Source: Candidatus Dormiibacterota bacterium
GTDB lineage: Bacteria > Chloroflexota > Dormibacteria > Aeolococcales > Aeolococcaceae
Assembly (NCBI GenBank): GCA_963777445.1
Contig: CAVZQR010000016.1
Location: 4,966 to 68,965, forward strand
Reading direction: 5' to 3'
Length of the DNA: 64,000 bases
Shown here: positions 1-9,252 of the stretch, in pieces
Numbering within the stretch: position 1 is the first letter of the stretch
Layout of the letters: each line of letters begins with the position of its first letter
Notes under the pieces: generated by a model
The model's database searches: none
What the model was told of the DNA's origin: nothing
Seen by the model: only the letters and a program-made list of their open reading frames with translations
Program-made: the position numbers and the translations under genes

Positions 1-88
1 CCCCGGTCATCCCGCGTCACCGTCGAGCAGCGACTTGCACCGGTCGAGCCAGGGCATCCAGCAGCGGGTGGATTCCCCCACGCAACGA

Positions 89-2002
89 TCAGACGGCGGT
101 TGATTCGTCGCTGACCACGACCGGGAGGGGTGGAGCCGGCGACGCACGCGAGCGTCGCCGGGTGATGCCGGCGCGGACGATGCGCGTCGGGGTGGCCCGC
201 ACGACGCAGTTCCGCCCGGCAGCCTTGGCCGCATACAGTGCCCGATCCGCCGCGGCGATCAGGGTTTTCGCGTCGATTGCGTCGCCTGGGATCGCCGCGA
301 CCCCGAGCGACGCGGTGACCGTTGCGGAGCCAGGGTTGCCCGCGAAACGAGTGGCGATCTCGGTACGCAGCCGATCGGCGACGATCGCCGCTGCGTGCGC
401 ATCGGTCTCGCGGAGGAGCACGCAGAATTCCTCACCACCGTAACGATATGCGGTGTCGGTTTCGCGCAGCGTCGTGGCAAAAGCACTGCCGAACTCCGAC
501 AGGATCTCGTCCCCGGCCTGGTGACCGTGGATGTCGTTGACAGTCTTGAAATTATCGACGTCGAGCATGATGCAAGCGATCGGCCGGTTGTAGCGCTGGC
601 TCCTCGCGATCTCCAAATCCAGGTCCAGTTCGAGGCGGCGCCGATTCGGCAGGTGGGTGAGTGCATCGGTGTGGCTCAGTTCGTCGGCGCTCTGATGGAA
701 GCGCGCCGCCTCGACCGCCGTTGCCGCCTGACCCGCGAGGCTGTGGAGCACGTCGAGACTGCTCTCGTCGATGGCGATGGGTTCGTTGGACATGAGTTCG
801 AGGATTCCGACGATTCGCGCACCGACGATCATCGGTACGGCGAGGGCGGCGATCTGGGTGCCGGCTCGGTACTCGGTCGCCAGCGAGCCGATTGCTTGGG
901 TCGCCAGCATGCGACCAAATTGCCCGGCTCGTCCCACCAGGCCCTCGCCAAGCTGCAGGGACGGGTGTTCGCCCGTCTGACCGCGATCAAGGTCAGTGTC
1001 GTGCACCACGTTGAGCTCGCGACGGTCCTCGTTGATGATCCACATCCGTGCTGCCTCGAACCCGCTGATCGTGAGCGCCGCCTTGCCGACCGCCTCGGCG
1101 ACGTATCGGAGGCTGAGGCTGCCCGAGATCTCTCGCCCTACGTTGACGATGAGCCCGAGCCGTGCCGCCTGCGACCGCGCCTCAGCCTCGATGGCGGCCA
1201 TCAGCGATCGCTCTTCCGCCAGGGTCATGGTCATCTGCCCGAGCTCGGCGGCGACCTCTCTGAGCTCCGGGGGACCGACCCCCGCAGGTTGTGCGGTGAG
1301 GTCGCCGCCCCGAACCTTGCGCATGGTCGTGAGCAGGTCGTCGATGGGCGTCACGACCGCTTGGCGCAACCCTCGGTGCTGGCGGCGGGCGACCAGGATG
1401 GTGAGCACGAGCATCCCGCACCCAATGACCAGCGCGATGAAGACGACGGCGTGCTCGGCGGTCTGCTCGGCAGCGATGTCGGCGTCGACCTGCGCGCTCA
1501 GCGTGTCGCTGTTTGCGCGGTACTCGTCGAAAAGGGCCTTGCCGCTCAACAGAAAGCTCCGCTGCGCGTCCGGGCTTGTCACCGCTCGCTCGATCGCCAA
1601 CGCAGGCGTCACCCATTCACTGAACCAGCGTTGCTGAGCCACCCGCATGGAGAGGATCGCGCCGACGAGATCGGGCCGCGTGGCGAGCTTGAGAGATGCA
1701 CTATCGCCACTGAGGATCTGCTGCCTCCCACCGTAGTAGGCGGAAAGGAACACTTGATCACCGCTGCCGAGGTACCCGCGAATCCCGGTCTCCTCGCCGA
1801 GCATGCCGTTCTGCACCTCGTCGATGGCAAGGCGCCCGGCGATGAGCGCGTTCACGCTGGGTTCGAAATGCCCGAGAACCGCCGCGAAACACATGCCGGT
1901 GACAGCAAGAGTCGCGATGATGAGGACCGAGACCGCGGCAAACGATCGCGCCAACCGCTGCGTGAGGCTGCGATCTGAGGCGGCGCGGGATCTGGCCTGC
2001 AT
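89..2002 (-). CDS. Sensor diguanylate cyclase (periplasmic CHASE3-like sensor, HAMP, GAF, GGDEF)
   Basis: 637-aa ORF. Two hydrophobic helices flank an N-terminal sensor region, followed by a HAMP-like linker and a GAF-like middle. The C-terminal GGDEF domain has 'DALTHLPNRR' and an intact 'YRYGGEEF' active-site motif. Confidence 0.85.
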   Translation of the reverse strand: MQARSRAASDRSLTQRLARSFAAVSVLIIATLAVTGMCFAAVLGHFEPSVNALIAGRLAIDEVQNGMLGEETGIRGYLGSGDQVFLSAYYGGRQQILSGDSASLKLATRPDLVGAILSMRVAQQRWFSEWVTPALAIERAVTSPDAQRSFLLSGKALFDEYRANSDTLSAQVDADIAAEQTAEHAVVFIALVIGCGMLVLTILVARRQHRGLRQAVVTPIDDLLTTMRKVRGGDLTAQPAGVGPPELREVAAELGQMTMTLAEERSLMAAIEAEARSQAARLGLIVNVGREISGSLSLRYVAEAVGKAALTISGFEAARMWIINEDRRELNVVHDTDLDRGQTGEHPSLQLGEGLVGRAGQFGRMLATQAIGSLATEYRAGTQIAALAVPMIVGARIVGILELMSNEPIAIDESSLDVLHSLAGQAATAVEAARFHQSADELSHTDALTHLPNRRRLELDLDLEIARSQRYNRPIACIMLDVDNFKTVNDIHGHQAGDEILSEFGSAFATTLRETDTAYRYGGEEFCVLLRETDAHAAAIVADRLRTEIATRFAGNPGSATVTASLGVAAIPGDAIDAKTLIAAADRALYAAKAAGRNCVVRATPTRIVRAGITRRRSRASPAPPLPVVVSDESTAV

Positions 2003-2149
2003 CAGCAGAGCGTGATCCGCTCACTGCGCTCGGAACGCTGATCGTGCGACTCCGTCACCAACTTGGGTCATCCATTCGCGCAGGCGCGCGTGAGGAGCCT
2101 CCGTCGACGGCGCTTGTCGGTCGAGCGCGACCCGTCCTCTCTGACTGAG

Positions 2150-3283
2150 CTACGTCGGTGCGGCGACGAACCCGACCAGTGGGCCACGCGACCACCGCGC
2201 TGGTCGTTCCACGAAGCGGCCGATGGAAGCCACCTCGCGGCTGATCGCGGGATCGGCTCGCCGCGTGATCCGATCGAATGGCATCACCTTGATCTCGATC
2301 TCGCGACGCGACTGCTCGATCCGCCAGCCGCCGGCGATCCAGCCGTCAACGCAGATGACCGGCCGGATCCATCCGCCGCCCCCGTCGTGGATCCACGCCT
2401 CCGCTGCAGCATCGCCGAGGTGCTCACGCCGACGGTAGCCGAGCAGGTAGGTGTCGAAGTGGCCGAGGAGGCGCACCGCGGGGCGGACGAGGTCGGCGTC
2501 GGCAAGGGCCGGTCCCAGCGTCCAGAGGCCGCGAATCGATCCGGGGAACTCGACCAGCTCGGTGCCGATTGCGGCCATCGACGCTCGTATGACGGTACGT
2601 CGCAGGCCCGACCAGGCGGCGAAATCCGCCTCACCCGCAGGGCCGTATGCGCCGAAGTATCGCCGCGCGAGCTCGCCGAGCGCGGCGTCGCCACGGGGGC
2701 TCTTCAACTCTGGCACCCAGTCGTCCAGAAGCACGAAGCTGTCATCGCGGCCCATTCGCGGTCCGGAACACACGATGCCGAGGGCCGCCGCGTGGTAGAG
2801 GAGATGCAGCAGCATCTGGCCGACCGGTTCCGCGAGAACACCGGCTTCGACCAGGCGTCTGCGTATCTCTCGTCGCGCCATCGGCCCGTTGGCAAGTGCT
2901 GTGCGAATCACCGCGACGCCGCGCGCACAAGTCGCGTCATCGAGGCCGAGGTTCCTCCTGCGACTCGCGCCGAATTGGTTGACGGCAGGGCCGAACACGT
3001 CGATCAGCCAGCGGAGATCGTCAGCCGCACACAGATGCAGTGTCCCGCGCATCAACCACGTGCGCACCACTGAACGCTCCTGCTCGAATGCCCGATTCAC
3101 CGCGCCCGCCGTCAGTCCCTCGCTGCGCACGCGGACCTGATGGCGGGCGGCATCGAAGGCCTGTGCCTGGAGCGCACACACCGAACGCACGACCGTCGCG
3201 ACGTCGCCCGTGACACGCGTGTCGTCAGTGAGGTGCTGCGAGCGCAGACGGGCGAGGCGCAGATGCAGGGTCGGATCGGGCAT
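2150..3283 (-). CDS. Winged-helix DNA-binding domain protein, AlkZ/YcaQ-like DNA glycosylase family
   Basis: 377-aa ORF. The N-terminal 'RLARLRSQHL...VVRSVCALQAQ' (QxQ-type motif) and 'RTWLMRGTLHL' are typical of this family as I recall it. The antisense 336-aa ORF is treated as a shadow. Confidence 0.7.
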   Translation of the reverse strand: MPDPTLHLRLARLRSQHLTDDTRVTGDVATVVRSVCALQAQAFDAARHQVRVRSEGLTAGAVNRAFEQERSVVRTWLMRGTLHLCAADDLRWLIDVFGPAVNQFGASRRRNLGLDDATCARGVAVIRTALANGPMARREIRRRLVEAGVLAEPVGQMLLHLLYHAAALGIVCSGPRMGRDDSFVLLDDWVPELKSPRGDAALGELARRYFGAYGPAGEADFAAWSGLRRTVIRASMAAIGTELVEFPGSIRGLWTLGPALADADLVRPAVRLLGHFDTYLLGYRRREHLGDAAAEAWIHDGGGGWIRPVICVDGWIAGGWRIEQSRREIEIKVMPFDRITRRADPAISREVASIGRFVERPARWSRGPLVGFVAAPT

Positions 3284-3289
3284 CAGCGC

Positions 3290-4489
3290 TCAGAAGAAGT
3301 CGGGCATCCAGGAGCGCCCGCCCGCGATCAGGCCGTCCATCGCGCTCACGGCTGACGCGTCACCCTCGAGCAGCCCAAGCCTGGCGGCGTCCTGCGCACG
3401 CAACGCGCTCGAATACCAGGCCGACAGCGCGCCGATGCCGCAGCGGATCTGACCACTCCCCCCGGGAGTGACCCGGGCCGATCCTCCCTCGACCTCGAGC
3501 ACAACGCGTTCGACTCCGGTCACCGGGTCGGCGACCTCCATGTCCACACGACCGGCAGCCGCTGCCGGCCAGCCCCGCGAGCTCATCGCGAGACCGATGT
3601 CGACGATGCGCTGCATCCAGCAGAGGTAGCCCTGGACCTCGATGTCGCGGTGCGGCTCGGGAAGCAACCACAGCAACTGGGACGCGTCGAAGACCGCCGA
3701 ATGCACGAAGATCACTTCGCGGCTCTGCAACTCCTGGCCGCCGAGGAATCCGAGCAGACCTCGCAACGCGTCGAGCGTTGTGACGACCAACTCCTGGACT
3801 CGCAGGCGGATCCAACTCCCGGCGTGACGATCGGCTTCGTAGCGGACGTATCCGGTGAGGCGGTCTCCCTCGTACCAGCCGTACTCGAAGCGCAGGGTGT
3901 CGGGGTCCCCCGCGTCCCACTCCACCGACAGAAACCAGTCGGGCCGATCAAGGGGGCCGTCCCAATCGGCGAGGTGGGATCGGCGCAGCGCCTCGATGGC
4001 GGAGCGATCAGGCCTCGCACGGACCCTGCCCGAGCCGGAGAACCCGCTCAGCGCCTCGGTGCGAACGATCTGACGGAGTGTCCGGGAGCACACCTCCCAC
4101 CCCCAGCGCCGGTAGAGCCTGACGGTCGCCGCGTGCAGGGGCGCCAGCGCGGCTCCCCGCTCACGCGCGAGGGTGACGCAGTCGCGCATGAGCGCTCCCC
4201 CGACACCGCGACGCCGCCACGCGGGATGGACGGCGACGGCGGTGACTCCGCCTGCGGGCACCGACCTCCCGCCGAAGAATTGCCCGACCGGGAGGAGCAT
4301 GTAGCCACCCGCGACCTCGCCCTCCATGCACGCGAGGCGGAGCGGGACGTGGGGCTCCGCCGCCGTGAGCCAGCGCATGTTCGCGGCCGCGTGACCCGCG
4401 AACAACTCGGCGTCGAGCTCGGCGAAGCGCCGCCGATCGTCGTCGCCGCGCCCGTCGCGAACCTCGATCGAGTCCCTGTCTCGTTCCAT
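3290..4489 (-). CDS. Eis-like GNAT N-acetyltransferase with C-terminal SCP2-like domain
   Basis: The ORF is open to 4567, but ATG 4489 (MERDRD...) avoids overlap with the divergent leuS. GNAT core 'VAVHPAWRRRGVGGALMRDCVTLARERG' and about 400 aa length match the Eis architecture. Confidence 0.75.
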   Translation of the reverse strand: MERDRDSIEVRDGRGDDDRRRFAELDAELFAGHAAANMRWLTAAEPHVPLRLACMEGEVAGGYMLLPVGQFFGGRSVPAGGVTAVAVHPAWRRRGVGGALMRDCVTLARERGAALAPLHAATVRLYRRWGWEVCSRTLRQIVRTEALSGFSGSGRVRARPDRSAIEALRRSHLADWDGPLDRPDWFLSVEWDAGDPDTLRFEYGWYEGDRLTGYVRYEADRHAGSWIRLRVQELVVTTLDALRGLLGFLGGQELQSREVIFVHSAVFDASQLLWLLPEPHRDIEVQGYLCWMQRIVDIGLAMSSRGWPAAAAGRVDMEVADPVTGVERVVLEVEGGSARVTPGGSGQIRCGIGALSAWYSSALRAQDAARLGLLEGDASAVSAMDGLIAGGRSWMPDFF

Positions 4490-4590
4490 GAGCGCCCGAG
4501 TGTACTCGCGGCCGCCGCGCCACCCCGCCCGTCGCAAGCGCGGCCGGCGTCCGTTTGGGCCGGGCATGGACTCGGGATACCCTTTGTGTC

Positions 4591-7032
4591 ATGGACACCG
4601 TCGCAGCCCCTGCCGAGCCTGATCCGGCCCACCTCGACGTGTACGACCACACCACGGTCGAGGCACGCTGGAGGCGGATCTGGGACGAGCGCGGCGACTA
4701 TCGCACCCAGCTCGACGAGCCCGACCGTCCCTTCTACAACCTGATGATGTTCCCCTATCCCTCGGCCGAGGGACTGCACGTCGGGCACATCATCCCCTTC
4801 GCCGGCGGCGACATCTACGGCCGCTGGCGGCGGCTCATGGGGGACACCGTCTTCGAGCCGATGGGGTTCGACGCCTTCGGCATCCACTCCGAAAACTACG
4901 CGATGAAGATCGGTGAGCATCCGGCCGTCGTGATGCGCCGCGCGGTCGCGAACTTTCGGGAGAACCAGCTCGCCCGAATCGGGTCGATGTTCGACTGGAG
5001 CCACCAGGTCAACACCGCGGAGCCTGCGTACTATCGCTGGACCCAGTGGCTGTTCGTCCGGCTCTTCAACGCTGGGCTCATCGAGTGGCGCGAGGGGGCT
5101 GTGAACTGGTGTCCATCGTGCCTCACGGTGCTCGCCGACGAGCAGGTGGAGCAGGGGCGTTGCGAGCGCTGCCACACGCTGGTGCAGACACGCTATCTGC
5201 GCCAGTGGTGGATCAAGATCACGCGTTACGCGCAGGAACTGCTCGATGCGCTCGACACGCTCGACTGGTCGGAGTCGACCAAGACGATGCAGCGCAACTG
5301 GATCGGGCGCAGCGAAGGCGCGACCATCCTGTTCGATCTCGAAGGATGCAGGCGCAAGGACGTGACCGTGTTCACCACGCGTCCGGACACGCTCTTCGGC
5401 GCCACCTTCCTGGTGATCGGCGCCGACCACCCCGAGCTCGAGGATTTCGTGCCCCCGGAACGCATGGGAGAGGTCAACGCGTGGCGCAACAAGTTCCCGC
5501 CGAATGCCGCCGAACCTGACTTCTCGATCGGGATGGAACTCGGCTCGTACGCGATCCACCCACTCACCGGGGCGCGCCTCTCGGTGTGGGCGGCGCCGTA
5601 CGTGCTTGGCGGCTACGGCACCGGGGCGATCATGGCGGTCCCCGGCCACGACGCACGGGACTGGGCGTTTGCGCGCGCGCACTCGCTGCCGATCGTCGAG
5701 GTCATCTCCGGCGGCAACGTCGATGAGGCCCCGTACAACGGCACGGGCACACTGGTCAACAGCCGCGAACTCAACGGTGTGTCGAGCGATGAGGGCAAGC
5801 GGCGCATCGTCGAGCGTCTCAGCGAATTGCGCCGCGGCCAGTCGAGCGTGCAGTACAAGTTGCGCGACTGGCTCATATCGCGACAGCGGTATTGGGGTCC
5901 GCCGATTCCGATCATCCACTGCCCGAAGGACGGCCCGGTCGCGGTGCCGGAAGAGGATCTCCCGGTACTGCTGCCCGACGTGGAGGATTTCCGGCCGCGC
6001 GGCACTGGCCTGTCACCGCTCGCGACCGTGGAGGACTGGGTCAACGTTCCCTGCCCCAAGTGCGGTGAGCCGGCCCGGCGCGAGACGGATGTCAGCGACA
6101 CATTTCTCGACTCCGCCTGGTACCACCTTCGTTACCCATCGACCGACTTCGACGACGTGCCCTTTGACAAGGAGCGAACCGACACGTGGCTCCCGGTCAA
6201 CATGTACATCGGCGGCAACGAGCACGCGGTGCGCCATCTGCTCTACGCGCGTTTCGTGATGCGCGTGCTGCACGACATGGGACTGGTGCCGTCCCCGGAG
6301 CCGTACACGCGCTTTCGCGCACACGGCATGATCATCATGGACGGCGCGAAGATGTCGAAGAGCCGGGGGAATGTGCTCAACCCCGACGAGTACATCGAGC
6401 GGTATGGGGCGGACACGGTGCGCCTCTTCATGATGTATCTCGGTCCGTACACGCTCGGTGGGGACTTCCGCGACAAGGGCATCACCGGGATGACCCGCTT
6501 CATCAACCGCACATGGCGTGCCACACAGCTCGCCACCAACGGTGACAGCGGCGATGAGGCAAAGGAGCGGAGGCGCAACCGCCTGATCAAGCAGGTCGAG
6601 GAGGACATCGCCGAGCTCCGCTACAACACCGCGATCGCGTACCTCATGGAGTTCTCCCGCGATCTCGACCACGAGTGCACGAACGGAAACGCGCGGCGCA
6701 TCGACGCTGAGACCCTCTTGAAGCTGCTGGCGCCCTTTGCGCCCTTTGTCACCGAGGAGCTCTGGGAACGCACGGGGCACGAGGGCTCCGTGCACGAGCG
6801 TGGCACCTGGCCGGCCTACGACGCCGAGCTTGCCGCGCCCCAGCGAGCGACCGTCGCCATCACGGTCAACGGCAAGCGTCGTGGTGAGCTCGATGTGGAA
6901 GCGGGGACCTCTGAAGCCGGCATCACCGCGCTGGCACTCGCCCATCCACGGGTGGTGGAGTTGCTCGGCGGTCGACAGCCCCGCAAGGTGATCGCGGTCG
7001 TCGACCGCATCGTCAACATCGTCACGGCTTGA
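4591..7032 (+). CDS. leuS: Leucine--tRNA ligase
   Basis: Class I signatures 'HVGH' (EGLHVGHIIPF) and 'KMSKS' (GAKMSKSRGN), plus an editing-domain insert. Start taken at ATG 4591 (MDTVAAP); the ORF is open from 4555. Confidence 0.95.
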   Translation: MDTVAAPAEPDPAHLDVYDHTTVEARWRRIWDERGDYRTQLDEPDRPFYNLMMFPYPSAEGLHVGHIIPFAGGDIYGRWRRLMGDTVFEPMGFDAFGIHSENYAMKIGEHPAVVMRRAVANFRENQLARIGSMFDWSHQVNTAEPAYYRWTQWLFVRLFNAGLIEWREGAVNWCPSCLTVLADEQVEQGRCERCHTLVQTRYLRQWWIKITRYAQELLDALDTLDWSESTKTMQRNWIGRSEGATILFDLEGCRRKDVTVFTTRPDTLFGATFLVIGADHPELEDFVPPERMGEVNAWRNKFPPNAAEPDFSIGMELGSYAIHPLTGARLSVWAAPYVLGGYGTGAIMAVPGHDARDWAFARAHSLPIVEVISGGNVDEAPYNGTGTLVNSRELNGVSSDEGKRRIVERLSELRRGQSSVQYKLRDWLISRQRYWGPPIPIIHCPKDGPVAVPEEDLPVLLPDVEDFRPRGTGLSPLATVEDWVNVPCPKCGEPARRETDVSDTFLDSAWYHLRYPSTDFDDVPFDKERTDTWLPVNMYIGGNEHAVRHLLYARFVMRVLHDMGLVPSPEPYTRFRAHGMIIMDGAKMSKSRGNVLNPDEYIERYGADTVRLFMMYLGPYTLGGDFRDKGITGMTRFINRTWRATQLATNGDSGDEAKERRRNRLIKQVEEDIAELRYNTAIAYLMEFSRDLDHECTNGNARRIDAETLLKLLAPFAPFVTEELWERTGHEGSVHERGTWPAYDAELAAPQRATVAITVNGKRRGELDVEAGTSEAGITALALAHPRVVELLGGRQPRKVIAVVDRIVNIVTA

Positions 7033-7462
7033 CCTCGAGACGCATCGGCGCGTGCTCGATGCCGTCCTCGACCCAGCGCTCGCCGCAGATCTCGAACCCG
7101 AAGCGGGCATACCAGTTGACGAGATATGCTTGTGCGCTCAACGTGATCGGCGGCCCTGACAGCGCGATCGCTCGTCTGAGCAGCGCTCCCGAATACCCCC
7201 GACCTCGAGCGTCCGCCAGGGTCGCGACGCGACCGATGCGATGCCCAGCTTCGCCCTCGCTCAGGAGTCGCAGCGTGCTCAGCACGCGGCCCTTGTCGTC
7301 CTCGATCCACAGATGGACGGTCGCCGCGTCGGCGTCGCGAGCATCGATGTCCGCATATGCGCAGTGCTGCTCCACAACGAAGACATCCTGACGGACCGCG
7401 AGAATCCCAAGCAGGGAATGGGGTGACAGCTCAGCCAGGTGAGCTGCGTGGACGTCCGGCAC
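7022..7462 (-). CDS. GNAT family N-acetyltransferase (ElaA-like)
   Basis: 146-aa ORF with 'IGRVATLADARGRGYSGALLRRAI' acetyl-CoA binding motif. It converges on leuS with an 11-nt overlap. Confidence 0.75.
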   Translation of the reverse strand: MPDVHAAHLAELSPHSLLGILAVRQDVFVVEQHCAYADIDARDADAATVHLWIEDDKGRVLSTLRLLSEGEAGHRIGRVATLADARGRGYSGALLRRAIALSGPPITLSAQAYLVNWYARFGFEICGERWVEDGIEHAPMRLEVKP

Positions 7463-7464
7463 GC

Positions 7465-7716
7465 TTATGGGCGCTCGGCTATGCGGCCTGGGATTCGACC
7501 ACCGCGGTGCACGACGAGCACCGGTGGGCAGCCTTGGGAAGTGAGGCTGGCCATCGGGGCATGCGCGCGTGTTCGACTCGGCGGGCTTGGTGAACGTGTC
7601 CGTGCCTGGAGCCGGTTGTAGGGCACGACGAAGAAGAAGTACACGCCGCCGATGACGAACGCGACCGCCAGTTGAACAACGTTGCCCTGGTTGAGAAAGT
7701 CACGAAAGCCTTTCAC
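7465..7716 (-). pseudogene. mscL: Degraded large-conductance mechanosensitive channel gene
   Basis: AAGGAGG lies 5 nt upstream of GTG 7716. The N-terminus 'KGFRDFLNQGNVVQLAVAFVIGG' is the MscL signature, but it joins directly to 'VYFFFVVPYNRL', the end of TM2. About 50-60 residues seen in M. tuberculosis MscL are missing. The C-terminal tail reads sensibly only in other frames. Confidence 0.6.
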
Positions 7717-7738
7717 GATTTCCTCCTTGTCCCTCGAT

Positions 7739-8077
7739 CTAGCCGGATCCCCCGCTCGGAGCACCTGCCGCTGAAGGGCTCAGCATCGTGACACACACCC
7801 CAGTCCAGCAGCGCGTGTTCGAACGGGTGTAACCGCCATGCCCCGGAGGCAGTGGATCCCCCGGCTCGTACACGTACCAGATGGCGCTCGCGACGGGTGA
7901 CGGCTGTGGCAGCGTGTGGAGCACGGCATCTGGAGGATAGACCGCAGTGCCCCAGAACCAGGGGACGCTGGCGGCCACCGAGCGCGTCCGCGCGGCAACG
8001 TCGCTGTCAGCGTAGTAGCGGACCAGCAGGTACTCACTCGGGTACGCGGTGACGAGCGCCGCCTGGGCCGCAGTCCC
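7739..8077 (-). other. Out-of-frame 3' continuation of the upstream GT-C gene (probable frameshift)
   Basis: The +1 frame relative to ORF 8034..9218 is open from about 8077 to 7739. It reads 'TAAQAALVTAYPSEYLLVRYYADSD...VPWFWGTAVYPPDAV...WYVYEPGDPLPPG' with strong third-position G/C bias. A C4/G4 run lies at 8076-8079. Confidence 0.45.
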
Positions 8078-9218
8078 CGGAGATGGCGGCGACTGCCAGC
8101 GGTGTCTCGGGATTGGTGATCGCCAGTGCGGTCGCGGCTGCCACCGCAGTCGTCACAGCCGCGACGCCGAATGCCACGCGGCGCCATGGCAGGATCGCGA
8201 GCCCCGCGCCGAAGAGTGGGTACAACGGCGCCCAGGCAGTGCTCAGATACTTCCCGTCCTCGAGCGGGTGGTAAAGGCTCGCCAGGAGCATCACCCCGAC
8301 ACCGATCGCGACCGCGAGGCCCAGAAACCCGGCGGTCCCGGCACCGGCTGCGGAGAGCCGGCGGCGGTGCACGACAAGCGCGGCCAGCACCAGGCAACCC
8401 GCAACGTCACCCAGGAGCTCCAAAGCACGCAGCGCGGCAAATCCGCTCACCCAGGAGTTGAGGGGCGGCCCCGTGAAGAATTGCTCGAGGCCTCCGAAGG
8501 CGCTCTTGATGCTCAATCTCGGCACCCAGAACGCGCCGGTGCCATGGCTGAGCTGCGCTTTGGCGGCGACGATCCATGGAATCAGGCTCGCCAGGGTCGC
8601 AAGGCCCAGGACGGCCACGAGCACGACGATCGCGAACCTGCGCCGGCGGTGGAGCAGCGCCACGGTGATCACCTGCGCGAACACCGCAAAGAGCGCGAAG
8701 TACACGGTGTAGACGGCGAGAATCGACAGCGCGACGTACAACGCCCAGCGCACCGGCGACGGCCGCTCGAGTGCACGCAGCAGGCAGAGCGTCGAGGCCA
8801 GCACGAGTGTGGTCGCGAGCACGTACATGCGCGCGTCGAGCGAGCTCACCACCAGCGCCGGCGCAGCGGCCCCGATCACAGCTGCCCAGATGCCGCCGCT
8901 GTCACCGGCGATGCGGCGTCCCAGGGCCGCGACGATCGGGATCGCGGCGCTGCCCACGAGGACGGGGAAGAGGCGAAGCACGACCGGGCTGGTCGACACC
9001 ACCGCGAAGAGGCGCTCCACCAGGTAGAAGAGCGGTGGCGCGCTGTCGTTGCGGACGACTTCGATCATCGAGCCGAGGGGGCGCTGGACCGCAAGGGCCG
9101 TGAACGCCTCGTCTCGCCAGAGCGGCTGATAACCGAGCAGGGCCATACGCGCGACGAGCCCGATCCCGGAGATCAGCCAGATCTTTCCCGCATATTCGCG
9201 CAGCATCGATCCCACCAT
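8034..9218 (-). CDS. GT-C fold membrane glycosyltransferase (PMT_2/GT39/ArnT-like), apparently truncated by a frameshift
   Basis: 394-aa polytopic ORF. The first loop carries 'LWRDEAFT' (the DE motif of GT-C enzymes). It is a paralog of the next gene, and its C-terminal domain is found in another frame. Confidence 0.7.
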   Translation of the reverse strand: MVGSMLREYAGKIWLISGIGLVARMALLGYQPLWRDEAFTALAVQRPLGSMIEVVRNDSAPPLFYLVERLFAVVSTSPVVLRLFPVLVGSAAIPIVAALGRRIAGDSGGIWAAVIGAAAPALVVSSLDARMYVLATTLVLASTLCLLRALERPSPVRWALYVALSILAVYTVYFALFAVFAQVITVALLHRRRRFAIVVLVAVLGLATLASLIPWIVAAKAQLSHGTGAFWVPRLSIKSAFGGLEQFFTGPPLNSWVSGFAALRALELLGDVAGCLVLAALVVHRRRLSAAGAGTAGFLGLAVAIGVGVMLLASLYHPLEDGKYLSTAWAPLYPLFGAGLAILPWRRVAFGVAAVTTAVAAATALAITNPETPLAVAAISGDCGPGGARHRVPE

Positions 9219-9252
9219 AGTTGCGCGCCCGTGAGGCGCGCGACCCGGCGGG

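Noticed and set aside
395-1978. 527-aa plus-strand ORF antisense to the diguanylate cyclase, and similar ORFs at 2063..3073 and 3650..4744
   Set aside because: Arg/Asp/Gly/Pro-rich with no motifs. It fully overlaps a motif-supported gene on the other strand, which is typical of high-GC shadow ORFs.
4048-5919. 623-aa minus-strand ORF antisense to leuS (also 6013..7110)
   Set aside because: The opposite strand carries an unambiguous leuS with HIGH and KMSKS motifs. The antisense product is low-complexity.
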